Positions 10,021-21,140 of a stretch of 49,291 nt of DNA are shown here, piece after piece. How positions within the stretch are numbered: position 1 is the first letter of the stretch; every line of letters starts with the position of its first letter. The DNA lies in the IMG/VR virus record IMGVR_UViG_2757320985_000001. One strand, given 5' to 3'. The DNA comes from a virus. Its lineage: Duplodnaviria > Heunggongvirae > Uroviricota > Caudoviricetes > Demerecviridae. The notes under the pieces were generated by a model, which did not search any database, was not told the DNA's origin, and saw nothing but the letters and a program-made list of their open reading frames with translations. The translations under genes were made by a program, and so were the position numbers.

Positions 10021-12003
10021 TACTTAGTGAGTAGTTGTTTTACCAATTCCTTGAGTTCATCAATTTCTTGCTGCTGCTTTTCAACAACTTCATTGAGTTC
10101 ATTAAAAGCATTAACTAGGAGAGCAGTAACGCCACTATAGCTTACACCTAAATATTCACTATTAGATATCTTATAGACAGCCTCAGGCAAAACGGTTTGC
10201 ACATCTTGAGCTATTACACCCGCTTCTTCAGAGTAAAAAGAATGTTCATCTTCATCAATATTATTACGCTTAAAATAAGTGTAACCTTTTATTGCTTTAA
10301 CCTTCTCTCTAGCCGTTTTAATCTCCTTTAATTGAGCCTTTAGTCTAATATCAGAAGTGCTAACCCATTGTGTAGCAGTGGCTTGACCTGAGTCTGGAAA
10401 TGAATACGTTGCGCCTCTAACATAAAGATGTGTTTCTGCATTTCCTCCAGCCCATAAAAGAGTATCCATGGCAGTAAGCCAATCAGCACCCCATTTAACA
10501 GCTTTAAAAATATTTGCAGCAGAATCTACAGCTGGGAGTTCAATAAGCATACCGGCAGCACGATCTCTCCATGCCGCCCATGATCCAGTTTCAATCTGAC
10601 CAGCAATAAATCCATTTCCTCCTCCTGTTCTAACCCCGTGAGAGTAAATGCATCTAGATCTATCATCACCCCTATACCCAGTTGTGACAAAAGTTTCAAG
10701 AGCAGTAGGCGCAAAAGCCATAACATTTCTTGAGTCACAAATAAGCTTAATGATCCCATCACCACCCCATTTAAAACCTGTATCAACATCACCAATAACT
10801 AATGAATTATCACCAAGTGCGTTGCCAATACCACGACCTATTGTTATGGAGTTATAATTTAACGCGTTTCCATGTTCATCAAACTGATAATAGTTGTTAC
10901 CACCACCTTCTCTAGTTACCTGAATAGTTGTTTTTGCAACTCCAGCCTGAATTTCATTGTAAATTCTTGAGTATGAAATTTGAACACCTTCGGCATTCTT
11001 ATTTCTCAGATAAAGAATTCCAGAATTTGTCCCGTGTTTTTCATCAAGAGCAATTCCACGAAAAACAGGTATATCATTTTCACCAATTCCAAGATTATTT
11101 CTTGCCGCACTAACGTTATTTGCTCCTGTACCCCCCCCTAGAGATTTGAACTGTAGTCTGGGCATTGAACTGTTCTTGCCATCCTGTCCAGTTACCAGTA
11201 CCGTCAAGAACGTTAATCCAAGAACTACCAGATAATCCAACAGCACGTAGTACTCCATACTGAGCAGCACCATTTATGTCTACACCATGACAGTGGAAGT
11301 TATATGTCCACCAGCCTTCGCTAGCAGGTGGAGTATGGGTAACACTATCCCCTGAAGAATAATAACCGCTTTGGCCTGCAACTGCAATATAGTTTAATAT
11401 ACTCTCGCCATTAGGTATAACCTCTGCTAATGCACCAACAGGTACATTAAGGCTTTTTCTTGCGTCCTTAGGAGTGGTTCCGCCTGTACCACCAAACGCA
11501 ACTTTCATTGCACTAACGGCAGAAGTAGCACTATCGATTAATCCGAAATCTCCACTATTATAGATAAATAAGGAGTATTTACCATTAGGAGATACCACAA
11601 AGGTACCATTGTCCTGCTGTCTTAGACGATCTACCTCTAGTGCAGTTTTAGCACCTGCTAAAGTTTTAGCTCCGGTACCTCCTTGAGCAATAGTAATAGC
11701 TTTAGTGAGTGCATTTAATTCTGTAATATCGTTATTAGCACCTTTTGCAGCCTTAGTATCTAGAGTAGTGTTGATACCACCAAGTGCAGTATTGATGTTA
11801 CCGATTGAATCATTAATACTCTTGATCGCAGCATCAGTAGCTGTTTTATCAGTAGTATATTTTGTAATTTGTAGGTATTTGGAAGTTAGTACAACAGCAC
11901 CAGCTTCTCCATCAACAGAGAAAACGCCGGCAACTGCGGCGTCTCTATTAACTACAACATAGGGGGCCATAGCCCCACTTTTTGGCATTAAATTACGTGA
12001 CAT
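10020..12003 (-). pseudogene. ltfB: Second lateral tail fibre (LtfB-like), split by one extra base in a G8 run; 660 aa if repaired
   Basis: The 295-aa ORF (12003-11116) and the 417-aa ORF (11273-10020) join into one protein (…VQISRGG|TGANNVSAARNNLG…) if one G is removed at 11131-11138. It has GGTG repeats and a C-terminal intramolecular chaperone (SDIRLK…GVIAQDV). Confidence 0.8.
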
Positions 12004-15000
12004 TAACTAGTACCTTTCATTTTATCTAACTCTGCTTCTATATTTGATAATCTAGTCATCAAATTAAGCTTTTCGTTAATGTTTTCAATAACAGTAGACA
12101 TCTCTTGTAATTTAGTCTCAAGAGACTTATTTCTTTCAGATAATACCTTAACAGCAGCTAAAGCATCCATTAACAATGGATTGGTATCTAGGGTTAAAGT
12201 AATATCGTCGGTTTCAGGATTGCCAATAGCTTTAACATATTGAGGATCAATCAACTCTATTTGTTGTGCAATAACACCACGTCTAATATTCTTTTTCTTA
12301 TCAAACTTATAGGTGAATTTCTTGAACTCCATTTTTTCAATGTTTTCAAGAGATTCTTCACCCGATACGTCTTGAATATTATCTTTTAGATTGATATCCG
12401 ACACCGCATTTTTTGTGTAAGTAAAGTTAAAGACAACGTTATTGTAGTCTGACCCCCATCCGTCAATATCCCCTGTCATGTGGAACTGATAGGTACATCC
12501 CCAATTAGAATCTCCACGAAGTCTAAATGCATAGGCAGGCCAAGTACTAGTACCTCGAGATATTAATCCAGTAGTAGCCCTCATTGGGTAGCCACCTGTG
12601 GATTGAGTCATAGCACTAATAATAGGTACGAATCCATGATCATTGCCCGTTACATCAGAAGCTTGAAAAGGAGCGAGGAAACCAAAGGAATCATCGTCCC
12701 AACCTTTAGAATACCCTAGAGCTTGCATACGTTCTGCATTCCAAGCCCCTGAATCCATGTACAGGTTAGCATATTTAGTAGCAGTTAACGAACCATCTGC
12801 AGTACGCCTATAAGCAGCTACTGTAGCCCTTTCAGTACGAGATTGGGCATAGTTACCTTCAGCGTAAAATAATGCCTCTAAACGAGGGGTATCTGGATTC
12901 TCTGAATTATCCAGTTGGACCTGAGCAGAAAAAACTTCCGATCCTAAGTAAAACCCATCCGAAGGAACTGCGTGGTATTTACGAGTAATAATACCACCGT
13001 TCTTAATGCTAAGAGGCCAACCCTCCATATTACGTAGCTGAGTAATATCGGAGTTAATACCGGCACTTGCAGCCCCTAAATTTTTTCTAGCTTGAACTGG
13101 CTCAGTAGCTCCAGTACCACCGTGTTCAACAGGTAAAGATATCCACTTGTTTTCAGAATGGTCGTATACCCCCCAGTTTTTAGTGTCCTGAACCATAAAC
13201 ACTATATTTTGATCCTGAGAGGTTATATGTGTTCCTCCTACTAGCTGCTTTATTCTATCCACTTCTAGATTAGTTTTGGCAGAACTAACTGTAGAAGCTC
13301 CTGTTCCTCCTTTATCGAGACCTAAGACACCTTGAGTATCATTATTTAAATCAGGCTTATTTGCAGTACCATAAAGAATATTAGTATGTACTGTAGATTC
13401 TTCATCTAAATCTCTATCAGAAGCAGAAGCTACAAAAGCAACACCATTGCTATAGGCAGAACAAATAAAGGTATGGGTATCTCCAACTTTAGAGTAGAAT
13501 CCAGCAGAATACTTAGGGATTACTAAGTTACTCTCGTTATCATTTCTATAATACCCTGAACCGAAAGCACGCATTGCTTTAAAGAAGGAAACAGCATCAG
13601 GCTCATTAAGGATTAAACCAGCACCACCAAGACCAAAAGCACCTCTTAGTAATACTTCTCCATCAGTACCGTTCCAAACGTTTTTGGTTACTACGTTACC
13701 TAGTGCTAGATTTCCGTTCTCATCTGGACGAATAGTTCCATTGACCATTGCCACGTAAGGAAGCTTAATAGCTCCAGTATCATCAGCAGGACCAATTCCA
13801 TTCACAGTAGTGATATAAGGAATCTGTTCCTTAATAGCACCGCCGTCTTCTTCTCCCTTAGTAGGTGCACGAAAAGCCTGCCCTTGCATCATATCTGGTA
13901 AACGGAAGGTTGTGGAACCATCACCAGTGGAGAAGTAGAGAGTTGCACCGGCCTGCCATTCAGCTTCTGAAACAGAAGGAATTAGACCAGCTTCGATGGC
14001 TTCCCAAGTATCAGGATAGTCAACACGAAGTACTTCACGACCATCAGCTGGCAGAACACCAGGGTATCCAACACCCGAATCTTTATCGTAAGGGAACCAA
14101 GTAACTTCACCTAACCATAAAGAAGGGTTACCTCCTGGAAGAGTGATCTGTACGTTACCAGCATCATCTGCATGAACGTTATTGATTGATACGAGTTTCT
14201 GTTCAATTTCTACTAATTCTAGGACAGGAGCCTCAGCAGTACCAGCAACCTTATACCAACCATATTTTGAATCAGTTTGGTTCCAGACTAGAATCTTTTC
14301 ACCCAGAACACGATTTGAGACATCTGCATCAGCTTCTGCTTTTGTCTTATAAACTTTGATGAAACCAGATATATCTTCTTTATCCAGCTTGCTATCTACA
14401 ATCTGAGCTGCGCGATCGGCTTCAGCCTTAGCACGATTTGCCTCAGTAGTAGCATCTACAGCCTTATCTCCTGCTTCTACAGCAGAACCAGCCGCATTAG
14501 TTTCTGATTCTTTAGCATTTAATTCTGATTGTTTAGCGGAAGCAGCATGTTCTCCAGCAGTTGTAGCGGCAGCTTCTGCACCTGCTTTTGCTGTTTCAGC
14601 ACCAGTCTTAGCAGTTTCTGCAGCTGTCTGAGCTTGTTGAGCCGCAGTTTTAGCTTGTTCGGCAAGTCTACGACTGGTCTCCGCATTTTGAGCAGCTAAT
14701 TCAGCAGAATTCCTGAATCCTTTAGATTCTTCCGCCGATGTAGCGGATGCTTCAGCACTCTTTTGTGACAGACCAGCTTGTCTCTCAGCTTCCGCGGCAG
14801 ATGCCGCAGATTGAGTTGCAGATGTTTCAGAAGAAGTAGCATAAATTGCAGCTAGGTTCTCCGAGTCCTTAGCATTTGTTTCAGATTCTTTTGCTGCAAT
14901 TTCGGAATCTTTTGCTGCCGCAGCAGAAGCAGCAGAGGCTTCTACAGCAGCAGTTAATTCACCAGCAGTAATAGAACTAATAGAATTACCTAAAACTACT

Positions 15001-15086
15001 GTATATTTAGGATACTTACTAGCAGTAGTTGTAGTGTCATCTATGTTCAGAATCTGCTGTACAATAATTTTAGTTTTAAGTGCCAT
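12003..15086 (-). CDS. ltfA: Lateral (L-shaped) tail fibre LtfA-like, 1027 aa
   Basis: T5 pb1-like N-terminus, Ala-rich coiled coil, collar-like domain (…FRLPD…), GGTGA repeats, C-terminal S74-type chaperone (SDINLKDNI…RGVIAQ). Confidence 0.9.
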   Translation of the reverse strand: MALKTKIIVQQILNIDDTTTTASKYPKYTVVLGNSISSITAGELTAAVEASAASAAAAKDSEIAAKESETNAKDSENLAAIYATSSETSATQSAASAAEAERQAGLSQKSAEASATSAEESKGFRNSAELAAQNAETSRRLAEQAKTAAQQAQTAAETAKTGAETAKAGAEAAATTAGEHAASAKQSELNAKESETNAAGSAVEAGDKAVDATTEANRAKAEADRAAQIVDSKLDKEDISGFIKVYKTKAEADADVSNRVLGEKILVWNQTDSKYGWYKVAGTAEAPVLELVEIEQKLVSINNVHADDAGNVQITLPGGNPSLWLGEVTWFPYDKDSGVGYPGVLPADGREVLRVDYPDTWEAIEAGLIPSVSEAEWQAGATLYFSTGDGSTTFRLPDMMQGQAFRAPTKGEEDGGAIKEQIPYITTVNGIGPADDTGAIKLPYVAMVNGTIRPDENGNLALGNVVTKNVWNGTDGEVLLRGAFGLGGAGLILNEPDAVSFFKAMRAFGSGYYRNDNESNLVIPKYSAGFYSKVGDTHTFICSAYSNGVAFVASASDRDLDEESTVHTNILYGTANKPDLNNDTQGVLGLDKGGTGASTVSSAKTNLEVDRIKQLVGGTHITSQDQNIVFMVQDTKNWGVYDHSENKWISLPVEHGGTGATEPVQARKNLGAASAGINSDITQLRNMEGWPLSIKNGGIITRKYHAVPSDGFYLGSEVFSAQVQLDNSENPDTPRLEALFYAEGNYAQSRTERATVAAYRRTADGSLTATKYANLYMDSGAWNAERMQALGYSKGWDDDSFGFLAPFQASDVTGNDHGFVPIISAMTQSTGGYPMRATTGLISRGTSTWPAYAFRLRGDSNWGCTYQFHMTGDIDGWGSDYNNVVFNFTYTKNAVSDINLKDNIQDVSGEESLENIEKMEFKKFTYKFDKKKNIRRGVIAQQIELIDPQYVKAIGNPETDDITLTLDTNPLLMDALAAVKVLSERNKSLETKLQEMSTVIENINEKLNLMTRLSNIEAELDKMKGTS

Positions 15087-15508
15087 TATTGAGTTACTCC
15101 ATCGCTGATGTATACTTTACCTTCCATAATACGGAAAGAACTGACTTCAGAGCCAATTACATCACGAGTCATTAGGATATCATAATAACCAGCAAAACGT
15201 TGTCTTGGGTTATACTTATCACGTTCTTTAGATGCTTTTTCACCAATATTAGTAACGTCTGCAACGGAAAGACTAATTGCAGCAGCACCTTGAGCAGCAT
15301 CAATAACACGAGTTTTAAAGTTAGCTAGAACCTCGGCGTTCTCATCTAAACTAGATTTAATAGTTCCTCGGAGTGAATATCCGGTTAAGTTAACAGGAAC
15401 TTCTGTTGGTGGATATACACTGTCATCAACATCCATAAACTGCATGATAAGACCATAAGGTACTTTCTCATCAACAACAATATCAATAACTCGGTTTTCT
15501 GTACTCAT
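15086..15508 (-). CDS. Tail collar / fibre-attachment protein (T5 p132-like)
   Basis: 140 aa between pb4 and the fibre gene, as in T5. Confidence 0.82.
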   Translation of the reverse strand: MSTENRVIDIVVDEKVPYGLIMQFMDVDDSVYPPTEVPVNLTGYSLRGTIKSSLDENAEVLANFKTRVIDAAQGAAAISLSVADVTNIGEKASKERDKYNPRQRFAGYYDILMTRDVIGSEVSSFRIMEGKVYISDGVTQ

Positions 15509-15513
15509 TATAA

Positions 15514-17571
15514 TTACCTTATATGGATATACCCACTATTTAGGTCTATCTTCATCTTGTAGTATGCTTCAGGGTTCCCTGATAACGCAGCATTTCTATC
15601 GTAGATTATATTAACACCGATTTGTGATAAGAAGGCATTTCCTGCCACAATCTTATCCGCAGTAACAGTTCCATTAACAATCATATTGCCATGAAGAACC
15701 ATTGCAGGGTTAATCCATCCAGCTCCGTTCCATTGACGGATAAATGCTGTTTGTGGAGCATTACTGTTAAATTGTGTTAGAACATCGTATTTAACCGGAG
15801 GTTTTCCAAAGTTATTTTGAAAGAATGCGTTAGCTTGTCCATCATCCCAACCGCCTAATCCAGGAATACCCATGGAGTACATCCCAGGACCACGCTGTCC
15901 ATCATGTCCTATAGTACCTTCAGTACCACTCCATTGAACTACATCAGACCAGCTAGTACCTTCAAGAAGTTTGTTAGTAACTGGATCAAGTGTACCTGTG
16001 GTCGCATAGATATTTTGTGTCATATCTGTACGGTTAGGTGGAGTTTTTGACCAACCAGGAGGTGGATAATCTTGTTCTAGCGGTTTGGCCGGTAAAGATG
16101 TTGCTAACTTATAAACAAATACTGTTTGCTTACCTTGTAAACCAGTTCCAATATCTACGTCACCATTTGGTGTTCCAATTACTACACCACTAGAAATACG
16201 CAGAGTAGTACCATCATAACGTATCCATTGTGTAGCATTACCAATGTCTAACTTAGCTTTGGCAGAGGTATTATCCATACCCATCCAAATACCAGAGTTA
16301 TTATCTCCCCAGGATTTACCTTGAGTGTAAATTGCTGGGTTATCTTTACCAGATAAGTTAGTCATGATAAAGTTCGCAGCATTAATATCTCTAGTAATTA
16401 CTTTACCATCAACGTTAACAACACGGTTTATAGGGTCAAAAGAAATAGGTGCTTTACCTTCTTCATCTAGCAGACCAATGTTAATAGCACCAGTAGCTGC
16501 ATCAATTAGGAATGTTTGTCTCCAGATTTCCCCATCTTTCATGCTGCCTTTAATAAAGGCATAGTTAACATCAATACCCGTCTCATTGACAAAGCTGTTG
16601 TCTAGAGGAGTATCTTCATTCAGAATAAATGTTACAGGAACTGACTCTGTTATATCTTGTTTATTTGGTCCCCAGGCAATTGATGATACCTTAAAAGTAT
16701 GTTCAACTTTCCATGGGAATGATATAATTGTTGCAGCTCTGGCAGCACCCACGTTTATCTTTTGAGCTTTAGCCCATCCGGTTTTAGCATATTCCTCGGA
16801 GTTTATGTAAGTAACCAAGAATTCACGAACGTTAGCACCAGCACCACGTTCCCAGTCCCACTCAATTCTAACATCATATCGTTCTTTACCATCAGCAATT
16901 CGTGCAGCTTTAAAAACAATATCGATAGGTGCAGTAGGAGGAACAAAATTATAAGCTACAGTTAGAATATTAGGGAACTCATAGTACCCAGAAGAATCAA
17001 CTGTAACACCATCAGGCATAGTTACTTGACCAGATATTCTGATCTTATAATCTCCGATAGGAACTCCACCAAATTTAATAGTAGAACCTAAAGCCCCAAT
17101 ATAATATTTAGTCCATGGACTGTCTTCAGTGGCTGTACTTTTTAACTCAATAGTACAGTAGCTTGCTTCACCAGTTGTTTCCACAACAACTATTGGTGCG
17201 CCCACCCCAACATCCACAGGTTCTGACTCAGATCTTGCTGCAACAATTATTGGCTTCTCTTTTGTTTTAAAGTTAGTTTCATTAGAGAGGTTAATACCAA
17301 TTTTTGCATTTAAAAGTTCTGAGTCAATAATTGAGTCATAAAAAGCTCCCTGAACCTGATAGGTAGTTGAGGGAGTTAAGTTATTGATCATAACAAAGAA
17401 AGTGTCGATTCCAGTGAAATCTCTTCTATCCACTTCTTCGCCAAGTTTAAGCCAGAATGATCTACCGATAACATCGTAGTCGGTATAGATAGAATGCTGG
17501 ATATACGCCATAGTATATCCAGTCATAATACTATTTAAGACCATCTTGGCTGGTGCATTATTCGAAATCAT
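15514..17571 (-). CDS. D17: Central straight fibre protein pb4
   Basis: 685 aa, beta-rich with FnIII-like segments; T5 synteny. Confidence 0.85.
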   Translation of the reverse strand: MISNNAPAKMVLNSIMTGYTMAYIQHSIYTDYDVIGRSFWLKLGEEVDRRDFTGIDTFFVMINNLTPSTTYQVQGAFYDSIIDSELLNAKIGINLSNETNFKTKEKPIIVAARSESEPVDVGVGAPIVVVETTGEASYCTIELKSTATEDSPWTKYYIGALGSTIKFGGVPIGDYKIRISGQVTMPDGVTVDSSGYYEFPNILTVAYNFVPPTAPIDIVFKAARIADGKERYDVRIEWDWERGAGANVREFLVTYINSEEYAKTGWAKAQKINVGAARAATIISFPWKVEHTFKVSSIAWGPNKQDITESVPVTFILNEDTPLDNSFVNETGIDVNYAFIKGSMKDGEIWRQTFLIDAATGAINIGLLDEEGKAPISFDPINRVVNVDGKVITRDINAANFIMTNLSGKDNPAIYTQGKSWGDNNSGIWMGMDNTSAKAKLDIGNATQWIRYDGTTLRISSGVVIGTPNGDVDIGTGLQGKQTVFVYKLATSLPAKPLEQDYPPPGWSKTPPNRTDMTQNIYATTGTLDPVTNKLLEGTSWSDVVQWSGTEGTIGHDGQRGPGMYSMGIPGLGGWDDGQANAFFQNNFGKPPVKYDVLTQFNSNAPQTAFIRQWNGAGWINPAMVLHGNMIVNGTVTADKIVAGNAFLSQIGVNIIYDRNAALSGNPEAYYKMKIDLNSGYIHIR

Positions 17572-20421
17572 TTAAATAGATGCCCAATCCACAGATTGCT
17601 CGCCATTATCACCTTCTGCTCTTATACGGAAGCGTAACTTCCTATTAATACCTAGAGCATCCTCGTTATGAAGAGCATAGTCTGCCTTATTGTATATCAG
17701 TAGATAATCGTAGACATACTGATCTTCAATTCGTACACTTCTTAATAAACGATCTAGGTTATTGTAGATTTCGAGAGTGTAGAAGATTCCATCAATAATA
17801 TCTTCTTCGGGAATTCTATCCCAGGCCAACTTAACGTCTGGTCCTACAAACTCCGATGCATCTCCTGAAGCTGTGTTAGTAACCCTGAAATTACTAACGA
17901 CGCTTAAGTTTTTAGCAGAGTTAAGTTCTACCGATAATGTTACAGGAGAACTTCGTCTACCATTAATATCTACAGCTCTAATCTCAAAGACTGCTAAACC
18001 AGCAGGTTCTCCAATAATTTCTTGGATCATTCGTAGATTTGGATTAGTTTCTAGTTGCTGTACTATATAAGGATCAGCATGCCCAGAGTGAACGATGGAG
18101 TAATAAACAACGTTATTAGTTAAGCTAGGAAGCCAAGATAGCTCACCATTCTTACCAATAGATCCTACTTGTCCACCCGGTGTTGGTGTATACATAAAGT
18201 CTCTAGGAGGCAGTACGTTATTACTAACATCAGGGATATCGTTACCACTATTATCAACCTGCTCGGAGTTAATGAATACATCCTCACCGTACTCTTGCAG
18301 TGTAATATTAATCTTACCTTCTCTAGAGTTTTCAACTTCATCAACTAGGAAGTATTTCTTGTCCCAACCATAACGACCGTATGTAAAAGCAATCGGATCG
18401 TTAGGCTCAATGCCTATGAAATGATATGGTAATGAGAATGTGAGAGTTCGTGAGTAACGAGACTTTTTCAGTTCTCTATCTGCAAAGCTACGCGCAGTAT
18501 AGTAGTTAGTGATGTTTGCAAAAGAAAGCTGAAGTTTTTTATCTAACCCTTTATCTTGCTCCTTAAATATAGAGTTAAAGAATGTAATGGAGTTAGTTTT
18601 CCAGCTTAATGCGGGATCTAGTATAGAGGCCTGTACTGAGTTAAACTTATTTCTACCAGTAGTATCTGATAGCTCCAGATCACCATAGGTATCTAAGAAG
18701 TCAATCTCCAGTGGAGTATTCGAGAACTTCTCAACAGTTATTCTATACTGACCAGATAAGTTGTTGATAGCACCTCCATAAGACTCTATTAATCCCTGCA
18801 CGTTTTTAAATACTGACTCAGAGGTATCGAGAATAGTATTCATTTGAACTATTTGTCTATTCTCTCCTACAGCATCAGTCCATCCAACGTATCTCCAGTA
18901 GGGTTGCCAAGAAACCTGATAGGATTCATCAATGATATCCAGGATAGCTGCTTCTTGAATAAGTTGCTGGAGAGGGAACTGATCAATAGTGATATTAGCA
19001 CCGTAGCGGTCAGAGGTTAGGTAGTCCAGAGTTTGCCAGATACCATTTAAGCTAGTCTTATCAGCAGTTACTCTACCATCTGAATGATAGATCTTAATCT
19101 TCTTACCTTGAACTTCAGCGCTAACTTCTGGAATTTCTGTTCTGTTTTCATTAATAGTAAAGCGAACAATAGCATAAGCAGTATCTAACAGTTTATAACG
19201 AGAGTCCCAGTATTCCGGTCCATTCTCATTCATGTTCTGTAGATAGAAACCTTTCTCTTTTGCAATGTTAACTAGAACATCAGCAGCAGATTGATCAGCC
19301 TTACCATGATAAGTCCAGATACGGATATCGCCATTACCATCATTATACTTATATTCCTGTCCATGAACAGAAGGTTCAGAGCTTGGTTGACCAGAAGCAA
19401 TACGTTGCATGGTATCACCAGCTACTTTCTTAGTACCAAAGCAAGTACGAGACTTACTATCATTAGGATCAATACAGATCATTGGTACATCACCAAAGTA
19501 AAAATCTAGGAACCCATCAATCTCACCCTCACAGAAAGCGTATACTACATATACGATATTAGGATTATGCAGTTCAGTATCTGCAAATACTGGGATTCCA
19601 GGAATTTTCTGAACTCCATATACTACTGGCAGGAATTTAGCAGCTAAGTTAAAATCAAGATCTACTTCCTTAGTTACAGTCTCATAATATTTCTTTAGAC
19701 TATAGCTTCTAGAAAGACCAAATAATTTTTTCTTAGATTGTAACTTATAACGTTCTTCCTGAACCTGATACTTAGCAAGAATAGAGATACTCTTGTTAGC
19801 GTGGAAGAACCCGTAGTCTTCTTGATATTCAGGTCGCTTAGCACCATTAGACGGAACTAATTGGCCGGCAACAATCTCAAGCCCTCTATGGTCAGCATCA
19901 TCTGTGAAACGTCCATTTACTCTATCAAAGTCATAGAATTGGTTTGAACAGTTCCATGTAATAACGGATGTACTAACTCCAGAAGTACCAATGTTATCCT
20001 TAATACCACCACCAGTAATTTTACCACGGAAGTAAAGTAAAGGACCATTAGTGTCTGGATCTACAGGAAGAATGTTACCCTCTTCATCAATAACCGCTTG
20101 ATGGATTGAAATAGATCTATCTAGGAAGGATACACCATTTTGGACTAGTTTTAATACTTCATCCTCAGCAGTACCTGTGATAGTAAAAGAAAGGCTACCA
20201 ATGGAAAGTTTTCTATTTTGTTTATGTGTTGTTATAGACTTAACTTTACCGGATGTGTAAAGAATACCATTATAAATTACATCCCTAAAATAGTCTGTAA
20301 GATAAATGTACGCAGAACTTGATCCGGTAGAGCTTGGCAATTCAAGAGTAATAAGGCATGCAGTTTTTATTTTATTATTGGTTCTTAGATACTCTCTTGC
20401 ACTGTCAAGAATTTTCTTCAT
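17572..20421 (-). CDS. D16: Baseplate hub protein pb3
   Basis: 949 aa with C-terminal FnIII-like repeats; lies between pb9 and pb4. Confidence 0.87.
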   Translation of the reverse strand: MKKILDSAREYLRTNNKIKTACLITLELPSSTGSSSAYIYLTDYFRDVIYNGILYTSGKVKSITTHKQNRKLSIGSLSFTITGTAEDEVLKLVQNGVSFLDRSISIHQAVIDEEGNILPVDPDTNGPLLYFRGKITGGGIKDNIGTSGVSTSVITWNCSNQFYDFDRVNGRFTDDADHRGLEIVAGQLVPSNGAKRPEYQEDYGFFHANKSISILAKYQVQEERYKLQSKKKLFGLSRSYSLKKYYETVTKEVDLDFNLAAKFLPVVYGVQKIPGIPVFADTELHNPNIVYVVYAFCEGEIDGFLDFYFGDVPMICIDPNDSKSRTCFGTKKVAGDTMQRIASGQPSSEPSVHGQEYKYNDGNGDIRIWTYHGKADQSAADVLVNIAKEKGFYLQNMNENGPEYWDSRYKLLDTAYAIVRFTINENRTEIPEVSAEVQGKKIKIYHSDGRVTADKTSLNGIWQTLDYLTSDRYGANITIDQFPLQQLIQEAAILDIIDESYQVSWQPYWRYVGWTDAVGENRQIVQMNTILDTSESVFKNVQGLIESYGGAINNLSGQYRITVEKFSNTPLEIDFLDTYGDLELSDTTGRNKFNSVQASILDPALSWKTNSITFFNSIFKEQDKGLDKKLQLSFANITNYYTARSFADRELKKSRYSRTLTFSLPYHFIGIEPNDPIAFTYGRYGWDKKYFLVDEVENSREGKINITLQEYGEDVFINSEQVDNSGNDIPDVSNNVLPPRDFMYTPTPGGQVGSIGKNGELSWLPSLTNNVVYYSIVHSGHADPYIVQQLETNPNLRMIQEIIGEPAGLAVFEIRAVDINGRRSSPVTLSVELNSAKNLSVVSNFRVTNTASGDASEFVGPDVKLAWDRIPEEDIIDGIFYTLEIYNNLDRLLRSVRIEDQYVYDYLLIYNKADYALHNEDALGINRKLRFRIRAEGDNGEQSVDWASI

Positions 20422-21032
20422 AGACTTTCCCTCAAGGAAAGTGAAATACCAGTATATGTACCATTACTATTTAACGTAGAGCCAAAACTGTCTCCGTTCA
20501 TTAATTTAGTTCTAAACAGAATACCATTAAATACCGGTTTCTCACTACCCGTAGTAGTAATGAATAGATCAGGATAAACACTTATATTCCAAGTATTTCC
20601 TGCTGTGTTGATAGAAGTGATTTTGTACACTTTTGGATGGTTGGACAATTTAAATAAATCGCCTGGTTTAGGCAGTCCACGAAGTGTACCTTTAGTGTCC
20701 ATAATAACTGTTGAACCTTTTTGTCCAGCAGGAATATTTACAGCACTAGTATCACCACGAACTCGGAAAGCTTCATATTGTGGTAATAACACATCAATAT
20801 AGCTACCTGTTCTTTTATAATCTAGAATGAATGAGTCTAATTTAGCAAATTCATCTGGGAATAATTCTGGATAAGAGATATTAATACCCCAATATTGAGC
20901 AGACACCTTAACCTCCCTAACTTTACCATTAGGTAATTCATCACGAATCATAGGGTCATTGTCTACTAAGTTAACGCTTTCAAAACCTAACCCTGATAGC
21001 TCTGGGTTCGTGTATGGGTCTGGTAGTCTCAT
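20418..21032 (-). CDS. Distal tail protein pb9
   Basis: 204 aa starting MRLPDPY, downstream of the tape measure gene; T5 synteny. Confidence 0.87.
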   Translation of the reverse strand: MRLPDPYTNPELSGLGFESVNLVDNDPMIRDELPNGKVREVKVSAQYWGINISYPELFPDEFAKLDSFILDYKRTGSYIDVLLPQYEAFRVRGDTSAVNIPAGQKGSTVIMDTKGTLRGLPKPGDLFKLSNHPKVYKITSINTAGNTWNISVYPDLFITTTGSEKPVFNGILFRTKLMNGDSFGSTLNSNGTYTGISLSLRESL

Positions 21033-21100
21033 AGTTAATTTCTCCTCTTAATAACAATATTATAATAGGATTGGAAAATTTTATCAAGAAATTTTTATTT
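21033..21100 (-). promoter_or_regulatory. Strong late promoter (T5 G25-like) with strong RBS for pb9
   Basis: Minus strand reads AAAAATAAAAATTTC-TTGATA-17-TATAAT, then AAGAGGAGAAATTAACT-ATG. Confidence 0.88.
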
Positions 21101-21106
21101 TTCCAT

Positions 21107-21140
21107 AAAGAAAAGGAGGACATAAAGTCCTCCTCCAGTA
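21107..21140 (-). terminator. Terminator after the tape measure gene
   Basis: Minus strand GGAGGAC-TTTAT-GTCCTCC followed by TTTTCTTT. Confidence 0.8.

Noticed and set aside
11140-11273. Hydrophobic N-terminus (MVLLSMEYY…) of the 417-aa ORF as an independent membrane-anchored gene
   Set aside because: It is the alternative frame of ltfB upstream of the G8 run; fibre-like sequence only begins at GGTGANN.
14400-14960. Repetitive GCT/GCA-rich stretch in ltfA as a DNA repeat element
   Set aside because: Explained by the Ala-rich coiled-coil shaft typical of T5 pb1-like fibres.
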